From: an uncultured Methanosarcinales archaeon
GTDB taxonomy: Archaea; Nanobdellota; Nanobdellia; Woesearchaeales; UBA525
Direction of reading: 5' to 3'
NCBI GenBank assembly: GCA_964432865.1
Contig: CAYSOY010000001.1
Location: 1 to 51,312, forward strand
Length of the DNA: 51,312 nucleotides
Every line of letters starts with the position of its first letter. Position 1 is the stretch's first letter. The translations under genes and the position numbers were made by a program. This document shows positions 17,455 through 25,138 of the stretch, one piece after another. The notes beneath the pieces were generated by a model. That model did no database searches. It saw only the letters and a list, made by a program, of their open reading frames with translations, and had not been told where the DNA came from.

Positions 17455-17555
17455 GAACAGAGTTTGGGTGATAATTGTCTACAAAAGTGCGTGTAGCCCC
17501 TTCTTAGAAGGATAATAGGATTAATAATAGGATTAGAAAAAATAAAAAAATAGGT

Positions 17556-17711
17556 TTAAGCAAGTTTCTGCTTCTTCTTTCCTATGTTTATTACGAACGG
17601 GTTGTCTTGTCTGTCGTATAGGTGGAAGCCTCTATCTTCGATTTCATAAGGAGGAAGTCTGTCAAGTTCCTCTTCATCCACGAGGTTTCCGTTTTTGTCT
17701 TCAAATATCAT
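17556..17711 (-). CDS. 51-aa hypothetical protein downstream of hsp20
   Basis: Own translation: MIFEDKNGNLVDEEELDRLPPYEIEDRGFHLYDRQDNPFVINIGKKKQKLA*. Strong GGAGGTG lies 7 nt upstream of the ATG. The ORF is below the track's size cut-off. Confidence 0.45.
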   Translation of the reverse strand: MIFEDKNGNLVDEEELDRLPPYEIEDRGFHLYDRQDNPFVINIGKKKQKLA

Positions 17712-17725
17712 TTTTTTCACCTCCT

Positions 17726-18193
17726 TTAGTTTACCTCTATCTTCTTTATTTCTTCTTCATCTTTTTCTACTTTCGGCAGTTTAATCTTCAGCACTCCTTC
17801 CTGGTACTCCGCTTCTGCGTTGTCAGGATCTACTTGTTTAGAGAGAGGAAACTCTCTGTAGAATCCTGAGAAACTTCTTTCTTGCCTGTATACTCCTTGC
17901 TTCTCTTCTTCTTTCTCTTCTGACTTCTCTGCCTTTATCTTGACAGAGTCTTCGCTTATACTGACTTCGATATCGTCTTTCTCCACGCCGGGAATATCTA
18001 TCTCTGCCACTACTTCGTTCTCTGTTTCGAACAGGTCTGATGCCGGCGTGGCATAATCTTGGCTGATTAAATCTCTATTTTCAGCCTCCCCTTCTGGTAG
18101 GAGACTTGATGATTGTTTCTCAAAAAAATCTCTGAATACAGAGTCCATTCTTTTCTGCATCTCTCTCATTTCATCCCAGATGCTTTTTCTCAT
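17726..18193 (-). CDS. hsp20: small heat-shock protein (Hsp20/alpha-crystallin)
   Basis: Alpha-crystallin domain: DLFETENEVVAEIDIPGVEKDDIEVSISEDSVKIKAE...SFSGFYREFPLSKQVDPDNAEAEYQEGVLKIKLPK. ATG 18193 lies 6 nt after GGAGGTG, and the track's GTG start falls inside that SD. Confidence 0.85.
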   Translation of the reverse strand: MRKSIWDEMREMQKRMDSVFRDFFEKQSSSLLPEGEAENRDLISQDYATPASDLFETENEVVAEIDIPGVEKDDIEVSISEDSVKIKAEKSEEKEEEKQGVYRQERSFSGFYREFPLSKQVDPDNAEAEYQEGVLKIKLPKVEKDEEEIKKIEVN

Positions 18194-18355
18194 GCGAATC
18201 ACCTCCGATTTAATCTTTTGTTTTTCGTTATAGTTTAAAACACAACTACTATTTAAATTTTATTGTTATAAAGTATATAAGTTTAATAATATTAAAATAA
18301 TATTAATAATTTTTGGAAAGATTTATAAAAAAAGGTCCACAACAGAATAGAACAT

Positions 18356-18760
18356 ATGAAAAAGATAAAAATAAAAAAAATAAACAAGCCAAAAAAAGAA
18401 GAGTTAGACAGAGATATTACCTGGCTCTGTAACAGTCTATGCCTCTCTTCAGGAAGAGATACAGAATACACTTCAGAAAAAATAATAAAAAACATACTGA
18501 ATAAACTCTCTAAAAAAAAGAAGCCCGTCTCAAAAAACATAGCAGATGACCTCGACCTCACCCAAGACCTGGTCAACTACCATCTGAGAAAACTGATAAA
18601 AGCAGGCGTAGTAGTTAGGAAGAAAAAAAAGATAACTATAAGAGGAGGAAGCCTCAAACAAGCCGTGAAAGAGATAAAAAGAGACACAAAAAATATGCTG
18701 AAAGACATAGAAAAAATAGCAGAAAGCATAGACGAAAAGTTAGGTATAGAAAATAGGTAA
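18356..18760 (+). CDS. small winged-helix DNA-binding protein, divergent from hsp20
   Basis: VSKNIADDLDLTQDLVNYHLRKLIKAGVVVRKKKK is an ArsR/MarR-like recognition helix plus wing. The N-terminus is lysine-rich. Confidence 0.55.
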   Translation: MKKIKIKKINKPKKEELDRDITWLCNSLCLSSGRDTEYTSEKIIKNILNKLSKKKKPVSKNIADDLDLTQDLVNYHLRKLIKAGVVVRKKKKITIRGGSLKQAVKEIKRDTKNMLKDIEKIAESIDEKLGIENR

Positions 18761-18798
18761 ATAAAACCCCTCCTCAACCTGTACTGCAAGATAAAGAA

Positions 18799-19749
18799 TT
18801 ATATCAATAAAGTAATCAACCAAACAACCCCTCCACCTACAAAACAGCCCGCTGTCAGCGGAGGAATTGCAGGGTAGAACTCCTTCTTTCTCGTGTAGTA
18901 GAACAAGAGTAGCAGAGAAGCCGTTGTAAAAAAGATTACTGGAAGAGAAAGATAGAAAGCGTTAATCTTGGAAAAACCTGACTGTATCAAACTCTGCATC
19001 ACGACTCCCGTGAACAACAGCGGAAAAGCAATATCTCCTCCACCAAGCACCGCAAAAGAACTTTTCTTGCTCCGACCTGACTTCTCTCCACCTTCACCAC
19101 CGCTTTTCTTGTGGGAACTATTCATCGCCTTGGTCTTCAATCTGCCCATCTCACCTTCTTTAGGAACCATCAGGCCGGCAAAAATCTTGCTCTTCATCAT
19201 AAACTTGCTCATCTCGACCATGTGCTTGCTCTTCCAGACAGCTATCACGTCGTAGACAGCTATTATCAGCAACAGAATGGACGCCCACAAGGGGTCGAAC
19301 AGAGGTACTAATAGCACCGCCAACCCGCTGTACATGAGTATCTCCGACAAGTTGTGTATCACCGGGTCTGGCTTGTAGACCTTCCACAAAGCTATAGCCG
19401 CTGCTGTGACCAGCGCCAGCCACGTAGCCATTAGAACGCCGAGCGCGATAGAAACAGTCAGCCACACTGCCAGGAGAAACCATCCTTTCCAGACCCTCCT
19501 CTTCTTGTACTTCGCCAGCAGAAGTATCACCGCAGTGCCTATCGAAACACCAATTATTATATAAAGCAAGGACTGCCACGTCTGAAAATCGGGTCTTTCA
19601 CCTATAGTTGTCCTCTCATAACCCACGGTGGTCTCCCCATCCACCGTCTTTACTTCGGATATGCTCTGGTTTACAAAAAACAGCCCTGTTATCTGAGAAA
19701 CAAGGAATATCGCCACCAACAGCAGTACTATCTTGAATGAGTGTTTCAT
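18799..19749 (-). CDS. presenilin/signal-peptide-peptidase homologue (A22 intramembrane aspartyl protease)
   Basis: YD motif AVYDVIAVW, GxGD motif LGGGDIAFP, PAL-like YPAIPPL. About 9 TM segments. Confidence 0.8.
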   Translation of the reverse strand: MKHSFKIVLLLVAIFLVSQITGLFFVNQSISEVKTVDGETTVGYERTTIGERPDFQTWQSLLYIIIGVSIGTAVILLLAKYKKRRVWKGWFLLAVWLTVSIALGVLMATWLALVTAAAIALWKVYKPDPVIHNLSEILMYSGLAVLLVPLFDPLWASILLLIIAVYDVIAVWKSKHMVEMSKFMMKSKIFAGLMVPKEGEMGRLKTKAMNSSHKKSGGEGGEKSGRSKKSSFAVLGGGDIAFPLLFTGVVMQSLIQSGFSKINAFYLSLPVIFFTTASLLLLFYYTRKKEFYPAIPPLTAGCFVGGGVVWLITLLI

Positions 19750-19921
19750 GTGCTGAAAACAGAATCCTCTTCTTTATAAGAGTTTTGGGGGGTTTCGAAA
19801 GACTAAGAGGCCTCTAAACTTAGAAGAACATAGAAAAGAATATAGAAAGATACAGAAAAAGAAAGATACAGAAAAAGGTTCTACCGCAAATTATTTAATT
19901 GTAACCCGCCTCTGCCAAAAC

Positions 19922-20449
19922 ATGGTTGAGAAACTCGCCCACTATATAAGGATTACTTTTTTTGAGAAGGGAGATGAGGAGTTCCACAAATTACTATCTG
20001 AGTTGGAAAGACTCCTCCCTTTCGAAGTAACCGACTTTTTGGAGAAGTCAAAAGTGTTCCACCACCCTGAGAAAGAGAACACCACGGTCTACGTAGTTAA
20101 AAAACCCCGGTACGACATAACAACTACGGAGTTGGACGACGAGTTGAGCGGGGTGAAGAAGAACATAACCTTGTTCTTTGAAAACATCAGCCATGTCAAC
20201 GAGTTCCTTGAAAACCTTGCCGACGAGTTAACAACGGCAGAGAAAGAGAAGGTTCTAGAGGAGTTAGACCGGCGCATGGACAGAAAAGGGAGGCTTTACA
20301 TCCGCCTGGACAAGAAAGGGCTTTCTGAAGAGAAGTGCACAGTAGTTGACCGAGGAGACTGTTACAAGATACAGTGCTCCATAGCCACCTATCCAAGAGA
20401 TATAGAGGAGGCTAAGAAGATAGTGAAAGAACTTTTCTCAGAAAACTAA
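19922..20449 (+). CDS. hypothetical protein, possibly COG1931/DUF54-type RNA-binding protein
   Basis: HYIRITFFEKGDEEF..LL near the N-terminus and GRLYIRLDKKGL resemble motifs recalled for that family. This is a weak call. Confidence 0.4.
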   Translation: MVEKLAHYIRITFFEKGDEEFHKLLSELERLLPFEVTDFLEKSKVFHHPEKENTTVYVVKKPRYDITTTELDDELSGVKKNITLFFENISHVNEFLENLADELTTAEKEKVLEELDRRMDRKGRLYIRLDKKGLSEEKCTVVDRGDCYKIQCSIATYPRDIEEAKKIVKELFSEN

Positions 20450-20484
20450 AAAAAAGCAGTAAAGACAAAAAGAGAATTTTCCAC

Positions 20485-21075
20485 TCACTCCACGCTTTTA
20501 ACTTTGTAGAACCACTGGTTGTTCTTATGCCCTTCTTTGAACATCCTCTCTGTTCCTCGGAGGAAGAGCAGTACATCGACTCTGTCTCCTTCTTCGAACT
20601 CGGGCAGTTCTTCTTCTCTAACACCAACCTTTTCAAACCGGATGTTATCTCCTTCGCTCAGCACAGGCTTGTTGAAGTTCTGCAACTCGACCACGTGGAA
20701 AACAAAGGATACATTGTGTTGATATACCGGCGAACTTGAATCATTCTTAACACTCTCCTCGGTAGGTTCTGAACCAGAGGCAGTATCGGTCGTAGCGGTG
20801 TGAAGGCCGGCTCCGCTTCCGTTTTTAATACTTGCTTGATATTTAGTTACAGAATAGTTTCTTACTTCAACTACTGCTTCCCCTTCTTCATAAGTGTAGA
20901 AGACTGTGCCCTTGGCTTCGGAGGCCCCGCCTCTTCCTGTTGAGGACTGGTTCTCTGTTCCTCCATCGACAAGAGAGTCATTCTCATCTATAGAGTCGTC
21001 GTCCAACTGAGGACTGCAGGAGAGAAGAAGCAGTGATGTGAGAAAAACAAGTAGTACTACTCCTGCTTTACTCAT
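20485..21075 (-). CDS. secreted lipoprotein, hypothetical
   Basis: Signal peptide with lipobox-like MSKAGVVLLVFLTSLLLLSC. The mature N-terminus is S/T/D-rich. The start was trimmed to ATG 21075. Confidence 0.55.
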   Translation of the reverse strand: MSKAGVVLLVFLTSLLLLSCSPQLDDDSIDENDSLVDGGTENQSSTGRGGASEAKGTVFYTYEEGEAVVEVRNYSVTKYQASIKNGSGAGLHTATTDTASGSEPTEESVKNDSSSPVYQHNVSFVFHVVELQNFNKPVLSEGDNIRFEKVGVREEELPEFEEGDRVDVLLFLRGTERMFKEGHKNNQWFYKVKSVE

Positions 21076-21292
21076 CTTTTTTCCGCAAAACGTAGTGTTA
21101 CCCATATATTCTTTTTTTATGAAAAAGTTTGGATTTAAATAAGTTTTGATAATCGACAATCTTATGATATTAACGGGTCAACCAAGTTTAGTATTGTAGG
21201 AGGAACTGTCCAAAAGCCAAGCCCAACCCATACAATCTTAATTTGCCTACTGTTAAAAAAATTTATAAACAGAGAGAAGAAGATATCTGAAC

Positions 21293-22630
21293 ATGCGAGA
21301 TATAATAATTGGTAGAAGTGAAGACGACATCGAGGAGTACGGCAAGAAAGGATCCATATTTATTGGAAAACAGTATATTAAGATGGAGAGAACAGTAAGC
21401 CTCTCCAACAAGATATTCTTGGACATGTTGAGAACCCACGTTCTTTTTGTCTGCGGAAAGAGAGGTAGTGGAAAGTCCTACACTATGGGGGTCATAGCAG
21501 AAGGCATGGCCGGGCTTCCGAAAAGCATAAGGAACAACCTCTCAGTTATAATGCTTGATACCATGGGGGTTTATTGGACTATGAAGTACCCCAACCTGAA
21601 GGACAAGGAACTCTTGGAGGAGTGGGATATGAAGCCGGAGGGAGAAGATAACGTCAAGATATTCACCCCTGGCGGTTTCTTCGAAGAGTTTCAGGAGAAA
21701 GGAGTGCCGACAGACTACCCGTTTTCAATAAGAACAGCAGATCTCAACGCTTCGGACTGGACTACTACTTTCGACGTGGAGTCCAACGACCCAGAAGGCG
21801 TGCTTATAGAGAGGATTATCCATCAACTCCAGGAAGAAATAGAGCAAGGGGAAAGAGAGGACTACGGGATAAGAGAGATAGTTGAAAAGATAAAGAAGAA
21901 TGAAGAATCCAAGAATTTTGTAAAAAACGCCGCAGAGAACCATTTTAGAAAAGCCGAGGACTGGGGGATATTTTCGAAAGAAGGCACTTCGCTGGAAGAC
22001 CTTGCCGTGAGAGGACAAGTTACTGTCTTAGACCTGAGCTGTTATTCCAACATGGAGAACTCTATGGAGATAAAGAGTCTGGTAATCGGACTGGTATCTC
22101 AGAAACTTTTCGATAAAAGAATGGAGGCGCGAAAGTGGGAGGAGTTCGCAGATGTCAACAAACAGGTAAACTATCTCTCCGGGGACGAGGGGAAGGAAGA
22201 GGATTTCCCTCTTGTCTGGCTTGTCATAGACGAGGCTCACGAGTTTCTTCCAAAAGGAGGCGGAACTCTCTCCACCACACCTTTGGTCACTGTGCTTCGA
22301 GAGGGAAGACAGCCCGGGATCTCTCTAATACTGGCTTCTCAGCAGCCGGGAAAGATACATACGGATGTCATGACGCAGTCCGACACTATCCTAAGCCACA
22401 GAATAACTGCAAAGATAGACACTGACGCTCTGGGAATGCTCATGCAGAGTTACATGAGAGAAGGAATAGATGAGTTGCTGGAAGACCTTCCTGAAAGACA
22501 AGGCGCGGCGATGATACTCGACGACAACAATGAACGCTTATTCCCTATGCAGGTTAGACCTCGTTTTACCTGGCATGGTGGCGAGGCGCCGACGGCGCTT
22601 AAAAAGGAGAAGGACCTGTTCAACTTCTGA
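21293..22630 (+). CDS. HerA/FtsK-like P-loop ATPase (DUF87-type)
   Basis: Walker A CGKRGSGKSYTMG, Walker B WLVIDEAHEF, then REGRQPGISLILASQQP and ILSHRITAKID. The N-terminal barrel-like region is IIGRSEDDIEEYGKKGSIFIGK. Confidence 0.75.
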   Translation: MRDIIIGRSEDDIEEYGKKGSIFIGKQYIKMERTVSLSNKIFLDMLRTHVLFVCGKRGSGKSYTMGVIAEGMAGLPKSIRNNLSVIMLDTMGVYWTMKYPNLKDKELLEEWDMKPEGEDNVKIFTPGGFFEEFQEKGVPTDYPFSIRTADLNASDWTTTFDVESNDPEGVLIERIIHQLQEEIEQGEREDYGIREIVEKIKKNEESKNFVKNAAENHFRKAEDWGIFSKEGTSLEDLAVRGQVTVLDLSCYSNMENSMEIKSLVIGLVSQKLFDKRMEARKWEEFADVNKQVNYLSGDEGKEEDFPLVWLVIDEAHEFLPKGGGTLSTTPLVTVLREGRQPGISLILASQQPGKIHTDVMTQSDTILSHRITAKIDTDALGMLMQSYMREGIDELLEDLPERQGAAMILDDNNERLFPMQVRPRFTWHGGEAPTALKKEKDLFNF

Positions 22631-22745
22631 GCTTCGCCCTATCAGTCAAAGCAGAATTTAAATGTTTAAAAAAGTGAAAAAGGCGGAGTTCTTTCGAAAA
22701 GCGAAGAGTAAGATTTATTAATCTCAGTTGATTCTTTTATATTAT

Positions 22746-23060
22746 ATGCCTTTTTCGAAATCGTTCCCGGAAGACAGCAAAGGCTATTCTGAATGGAGAG
22801 AGGTCTATCTCACGGAAGAAGAGGAGAAAGAAGCCGAGAAGAAGTGCAGAGAAGAGAACATAGAGTTGATGAAGGAGTGTATAGAAGACGCAGAAGAGAT
22901 ATTCTCAGAGAAAGACTTGAAAGACTACCAGTCTGATGTCATCGACACCGCTACATCTCTGTTCCAAAAAAGGGCGTCGCACGAGGTTTTCTGGAAAGAG
23001 CAGAGAGCGAAGGAGAAGTTCGACAACAAATACAAAGGGAGAGGTAAGAAAAAGAGTTGA
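22746..23060 (+). CDS. hypothetical acidic helical protein (104 aa)
   Basis: ATG directly follows TTTTATATTATATG (TATA-like, possibly leaderless). E/K-rich; no family recognised. Confidence 0.45.
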   Translation: MPFSKSFPEDSKGYSEWREVYLTEEEEKEAEKKCREENIELMKECIEDAEEIFSEKDLKDYQSDVIDTATSLFQKRASHEVFWKEQRAKEKFDNKYKGRGKKKS

Positions 23061-23162
23061 GAGGAAGAGTTCCTCCTCTAACACAACCCAAACCGATATT
23101 AACCACTTTCTAAAAGTAAAAAAACCGCAATTTTTATAAATCTATTCAGGTTTCTACTGAAC

Positions 23163-24380
23163 ATGACAAGCCCTCCTTTACAAGACTTTGCTTTCCCAAG
23201 CAAGAAGAAAGGAAGAGAGTACTGCAGAGACCCATTTCTAAACAAAAAAAGAACTCCTTCGAAGATAAAAAGTCTTGAAGAAGTAACCCTGGAAGAAACA
23301 AAACAGATAGAACAGATAAGAGAAAAAGCCAGGGCAGGGGAGAAAACAGAGGATGAAAAACTGAACCAATATGTAAAAACCCTTGTGGAACAGATAGACT
23401 CTACGAAGAAAGACCAGTACTTAGTCGTAGAAGACCCTCTCTCGCTTAAAGGATGCAGAAGCCACAGAGAATTCTTCAAGCAAGGACCATCAGCCTCTTT
23501 ACTCGAAGCATTTGGAGAGGACAAGAGAAAAGCGGCTAAAAAACTTCCTTACAGACTGAGAACTCCTGCCTTCCAAAAAGCCTACGAGGAACACGGCCCG
23601 TTCTTCAAAGGATTCAGCCATAAAATCCCAGAAACCCAGAGTAGAAACGGTAGAAAGCAGAGAGGAGGAGATCGTAAAAAAATAATTCCGCTCATAGACT
23701 GCATACTCGGAGCCCAACTCTACACCTACGTCATGAGCGGGTGGCCCGAAGCAGAGATTCGCAGAGAGTACCATGGAGGAGAGGAGGACAAAGGAGAACA
23801 CTTAGAGGTGCGGGTTCCAAAAAGAAGTAACAGCGGAAGTTATGATATGAAAATTCTAAACGCGCCGACAGACGAAGAAGCGGACAAGGACAGGTGGAGG
23901 TGGATAGACTACTCTCACACCTGCGAAAAGAAAGGGTGGAGAGGGATCCAATTCAAAAACTCCAACGAATCCATGGTCTGCTTCCACAAAATAGCAGGCT
24001 ATCTAATGCTGATAAAAGCTCAGAGAGAGTCTAACAAAAGAAGAGAAAAAACAAAAGAGAGTAAGAAACAGATCTCTTCTCTCCTGGCACAAAGCCCGTA
24101 CTTCATCCCCCACAAAGACCTGGTAGGTTTTGACAAAAAAGTACAGAACAACGTTCTTGTAAAGAAGTTGAAGAAGAAAACAGGGAAGAAAGAATCTGGT
24201 AAAGAAGAGATTAAGTTATACCCAGCGAACCAAGCACACAGAACAGTTCTTTCAAACGAGTTTATCCAGCAGAAAGGAATAGAATTTGTAGACAAAGAAA
24301 AAACTGTTAGAAGTTACTCCATGCTTTTCTCAAAGGAGAAAGTCCACGAGTACAAGGAGTGGCTCTATCCAAAAGAGTAG
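23163..24380 (+). CDS. hypothetical basic protein with SWIM-like zinc-finger motif
   Basis: 405 aa, K/R-rich. YSHTCEKKGWRGIQFKNSNESMVCFHKIAGYL gives H-x-C-x18-C-x-H followed by a helix, resembling the SWIM C-x-C-xn-C-x-H. Confidence 0.55.
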   Translation: MTSPPLQDFAFPSKKKGREYCRDPFLNKKRTPSKIKSLEEVTLEETKQIEQIREKARAGEKTEDEKLNQYVKTLVEQIDSTKKDQYLVVEDPLSLKGCRSHREFFKQGPSASLLEAFGEDKRKAAKKLPYRLRTPAFQKAYEEHGPFFKGFSHKIPETQSRNGRKQRGGDRKKIIPLIDCILGAQLYTYVMSGWPEAEIRREYHGGEEDKGEHLEVRVPKRSNSGSYDMKILNAPTDEEADKDRWRWIDYSHTCEKKGWRGIQFKNSNESMVCFHKIAGYLMLIKAQRESNKRREKTKESKKQISSLLAQSPYFIPHKDLVGFDKKVQNNVLVKKLKKKTGKKESGKEEIKLYPANQAHRTVLSNEFIQQKGIEFVDKEKTVRSYSMLFSKEKVHEYKEWLYPKE

Positions 24381-24397
24381 AACTGGAAAGAAGAAGG

Positions 24398-24658
24398 TCA
24401 CTCTTCGGGGTCGTAACTTGGAACAGCGGACCTGTTGATTATCATTATGTCTCCTACACTCTTTACAAGTTGGTGCGGGACGATTACTCCTTTCGCAGAG
24501 CCTAAAACACTGCTCAGAAAACTGGTCTTGGTCGCTCTCACTCTCCACCCGGAGACCTTGTTCTCCTCTAAAAGACACTCTTCTATATCGCCGAAGTAGT
24601 CGCCTTCATCAGTAAAAACCTTCATGTCATACGTCTCTGTTATTCTCTTCATTTTCAT
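24398..24658 (-). CDS. PRC-barrel domain protein
   Basis: MKVFTDEGDYFGDIEECLLEENKVSGWRV...VIVPHQLVKSVGDIMII is the typical small archaeal PRC-barrel pattern. Confidence 0.7.
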   Translation of the reverse strand: MKMKRITETYDMKVFTDEGDYFGDIEECLLEENKVSGWRVRATKTSFLSSVLGSAKGVIVPHQLVKSVGDIMIINRSAVPSYDPEE

Positions 24659-24773
24659 ATCAAATCACCTGAATATCTATCTCTTTTTCGACTTGTTTTA
24701 ACTCACCTAAAACCTCCTTACAACCTTTTGACTTAGACTACTATTTAAAGTTTTTGATTACACCTCGGAAAAA

Positions 24774-25046
24774 CTACCTTATTATGCTGAAACCGTCTTC
24801 TCCCTTTGCCTGTTCTTTTCTTACATCAATGTCTTCCACAGAAGCAAGATCTGGGCCTGTACGGCACCACTCTACCATCTTCTCCACATTCTCCTCGCTT
24901 CCTTCGAAAACAGCCTCTACTCTGCCGTCGGAGAGATTCTTAACCCAGCCACTCACATCTTTAAGATCTGCTTCTCTCTTAGTATAGTATCTGAAAGAAA
25001 CTCCTTGGACCTTGCCTTTTACAAAAACATGTTTTCTTACAACCAT
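24774..25046 (-). CDS. acyP: acylphosphatase
   Basis: VKGKVQGVSFRYYTKREADLKDVSGWVKNLSDGRVEAVFEG is the signature. Confidence 0.85.
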   Translation of the reverse strand: MVVRKHVFVKGKVQGVSFRYYTKREADLKDVSGWVKNLSDGRVEAVFEGSEENVEKMVEWCRTGPDLASVEDIDVRKEQAKGEDGFSIIR

Positions 25047-25138
25047 ATAACTATTAATGTAATACTCATTTTTAAATCTTAAGATTATGTGGCGTTAATA
25101 ATAAAAAATAATTTAAAGAAGGAATATTATTAGAGTTT

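Noticed and set aside
18194-18202. GTG/TTG-extended starts given by the track for hsp20 (18202), the Lrp-like gene (6418), the MBL-like gene (16630), the RPA32-like gene (43508) and DP1 (39016)
   Set aside because: In each case an in-frame ATG lies a few codons downstream. For hsp20 the GTG is part of the GGAGGTG Shine-Dalgarno sequence. The ATG starts were preferred, but remain unverified.
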